Source: Bispira polyomma
Lineage: Eukaryota
Assembly (NCBI GenBank): GCA_965649765.1
Contig: OZ287748.1
Location: 104,842,001-104,906,000 of the forward strand
Direction of reading: 5' to 3'
DNA: 64,000 bases
The notes under the pieces were generated by a model. It was not told the DNA's origin. It did no database searches and saw nothing but the letters and a program-made list of their open reading frames with translations. Shown in pieces: positions 63,800 through 64,000 of this stretch. Every line of letters starts with the position of its first letter. The stretch's first letter is position 1. Position numbers and translations under genes: made by a program.

Positions 63800-63915
63800 C
63801 TAAAACCAGTCATTTTGTGAAATCCCTCAAAATTCCAGTCATTTCGTGAATTGCCTAAGTGAATCAGGGATTTTGCAAAATGACTGAAATTTCCAGGGAT
63901 TTTGCAAAATTCCTG
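63800..63915. repeat. Clustered direct/inverted repeats (CAGTCATTT.G.GAA / GGGATTTTGCAAAAT)
   Basis: The motif occurs twice forward and twice inverted, like MITE subterminal arrays. Confidence 0.5.
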
Positions 63916-64000
63916 ATAATATAGTTTGGCTGTAACATATGGTATATACATAGAACGTATATCCTACCTTTACTTTGCAGTCTGGAGCAATCGTTGAGAG

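Overview
This is AT-rich animal (eukaryotic) genomic DNA. A molluscan or other lophotrochozoan origin is inferred only from the repeat content. About 45 kb of the window is a graveyard of nested, decayed transposable elements. These include three DIRS/Ngaro-like tyrosine-recombinase (YR) retrotransposon copies, one nearly complete (gag-like, RT, RNase H, YR). There are at least four PIF/Harbinger remnants (transposase and/or Myb/MADF gene), several CR1/L2-type LINEs (one nested antisense inside another, both with 2A-like GDVSxNPGP motifs) and a decayed L1/Tx1-type LINE plus fragments. The window also holds five copies of a tRNA-derived SINE, several MITEs and two tandem arrays (14-bp and 43-bp units). 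Host sequence is sparse: a pseudogenised secreted two-VWA-domain gene (-) disrupted by a SINE, two phase-compatible coding exons of an unidentified gene (+, 61.6-62.2 kb), and a probable first exon/promoter (-, 5.7 kb). No intact TE ORF set, CRISPR array or true tRNA/rRNA gene was seen. The most interesting signal is in two divergent YR-retrotransposon copies. In both, the recombinase frame has no ATG and starts at a phase-1 splice acceptor right after an upstream TGA (the RNase H stop in the complete copy). A phase-matched donor sits in the gag ORF, which suggests a spliced Gag-N/recombinase product. All annotation is by eye, so element boundaries are approximate unless a TSD or TIR is quoted.
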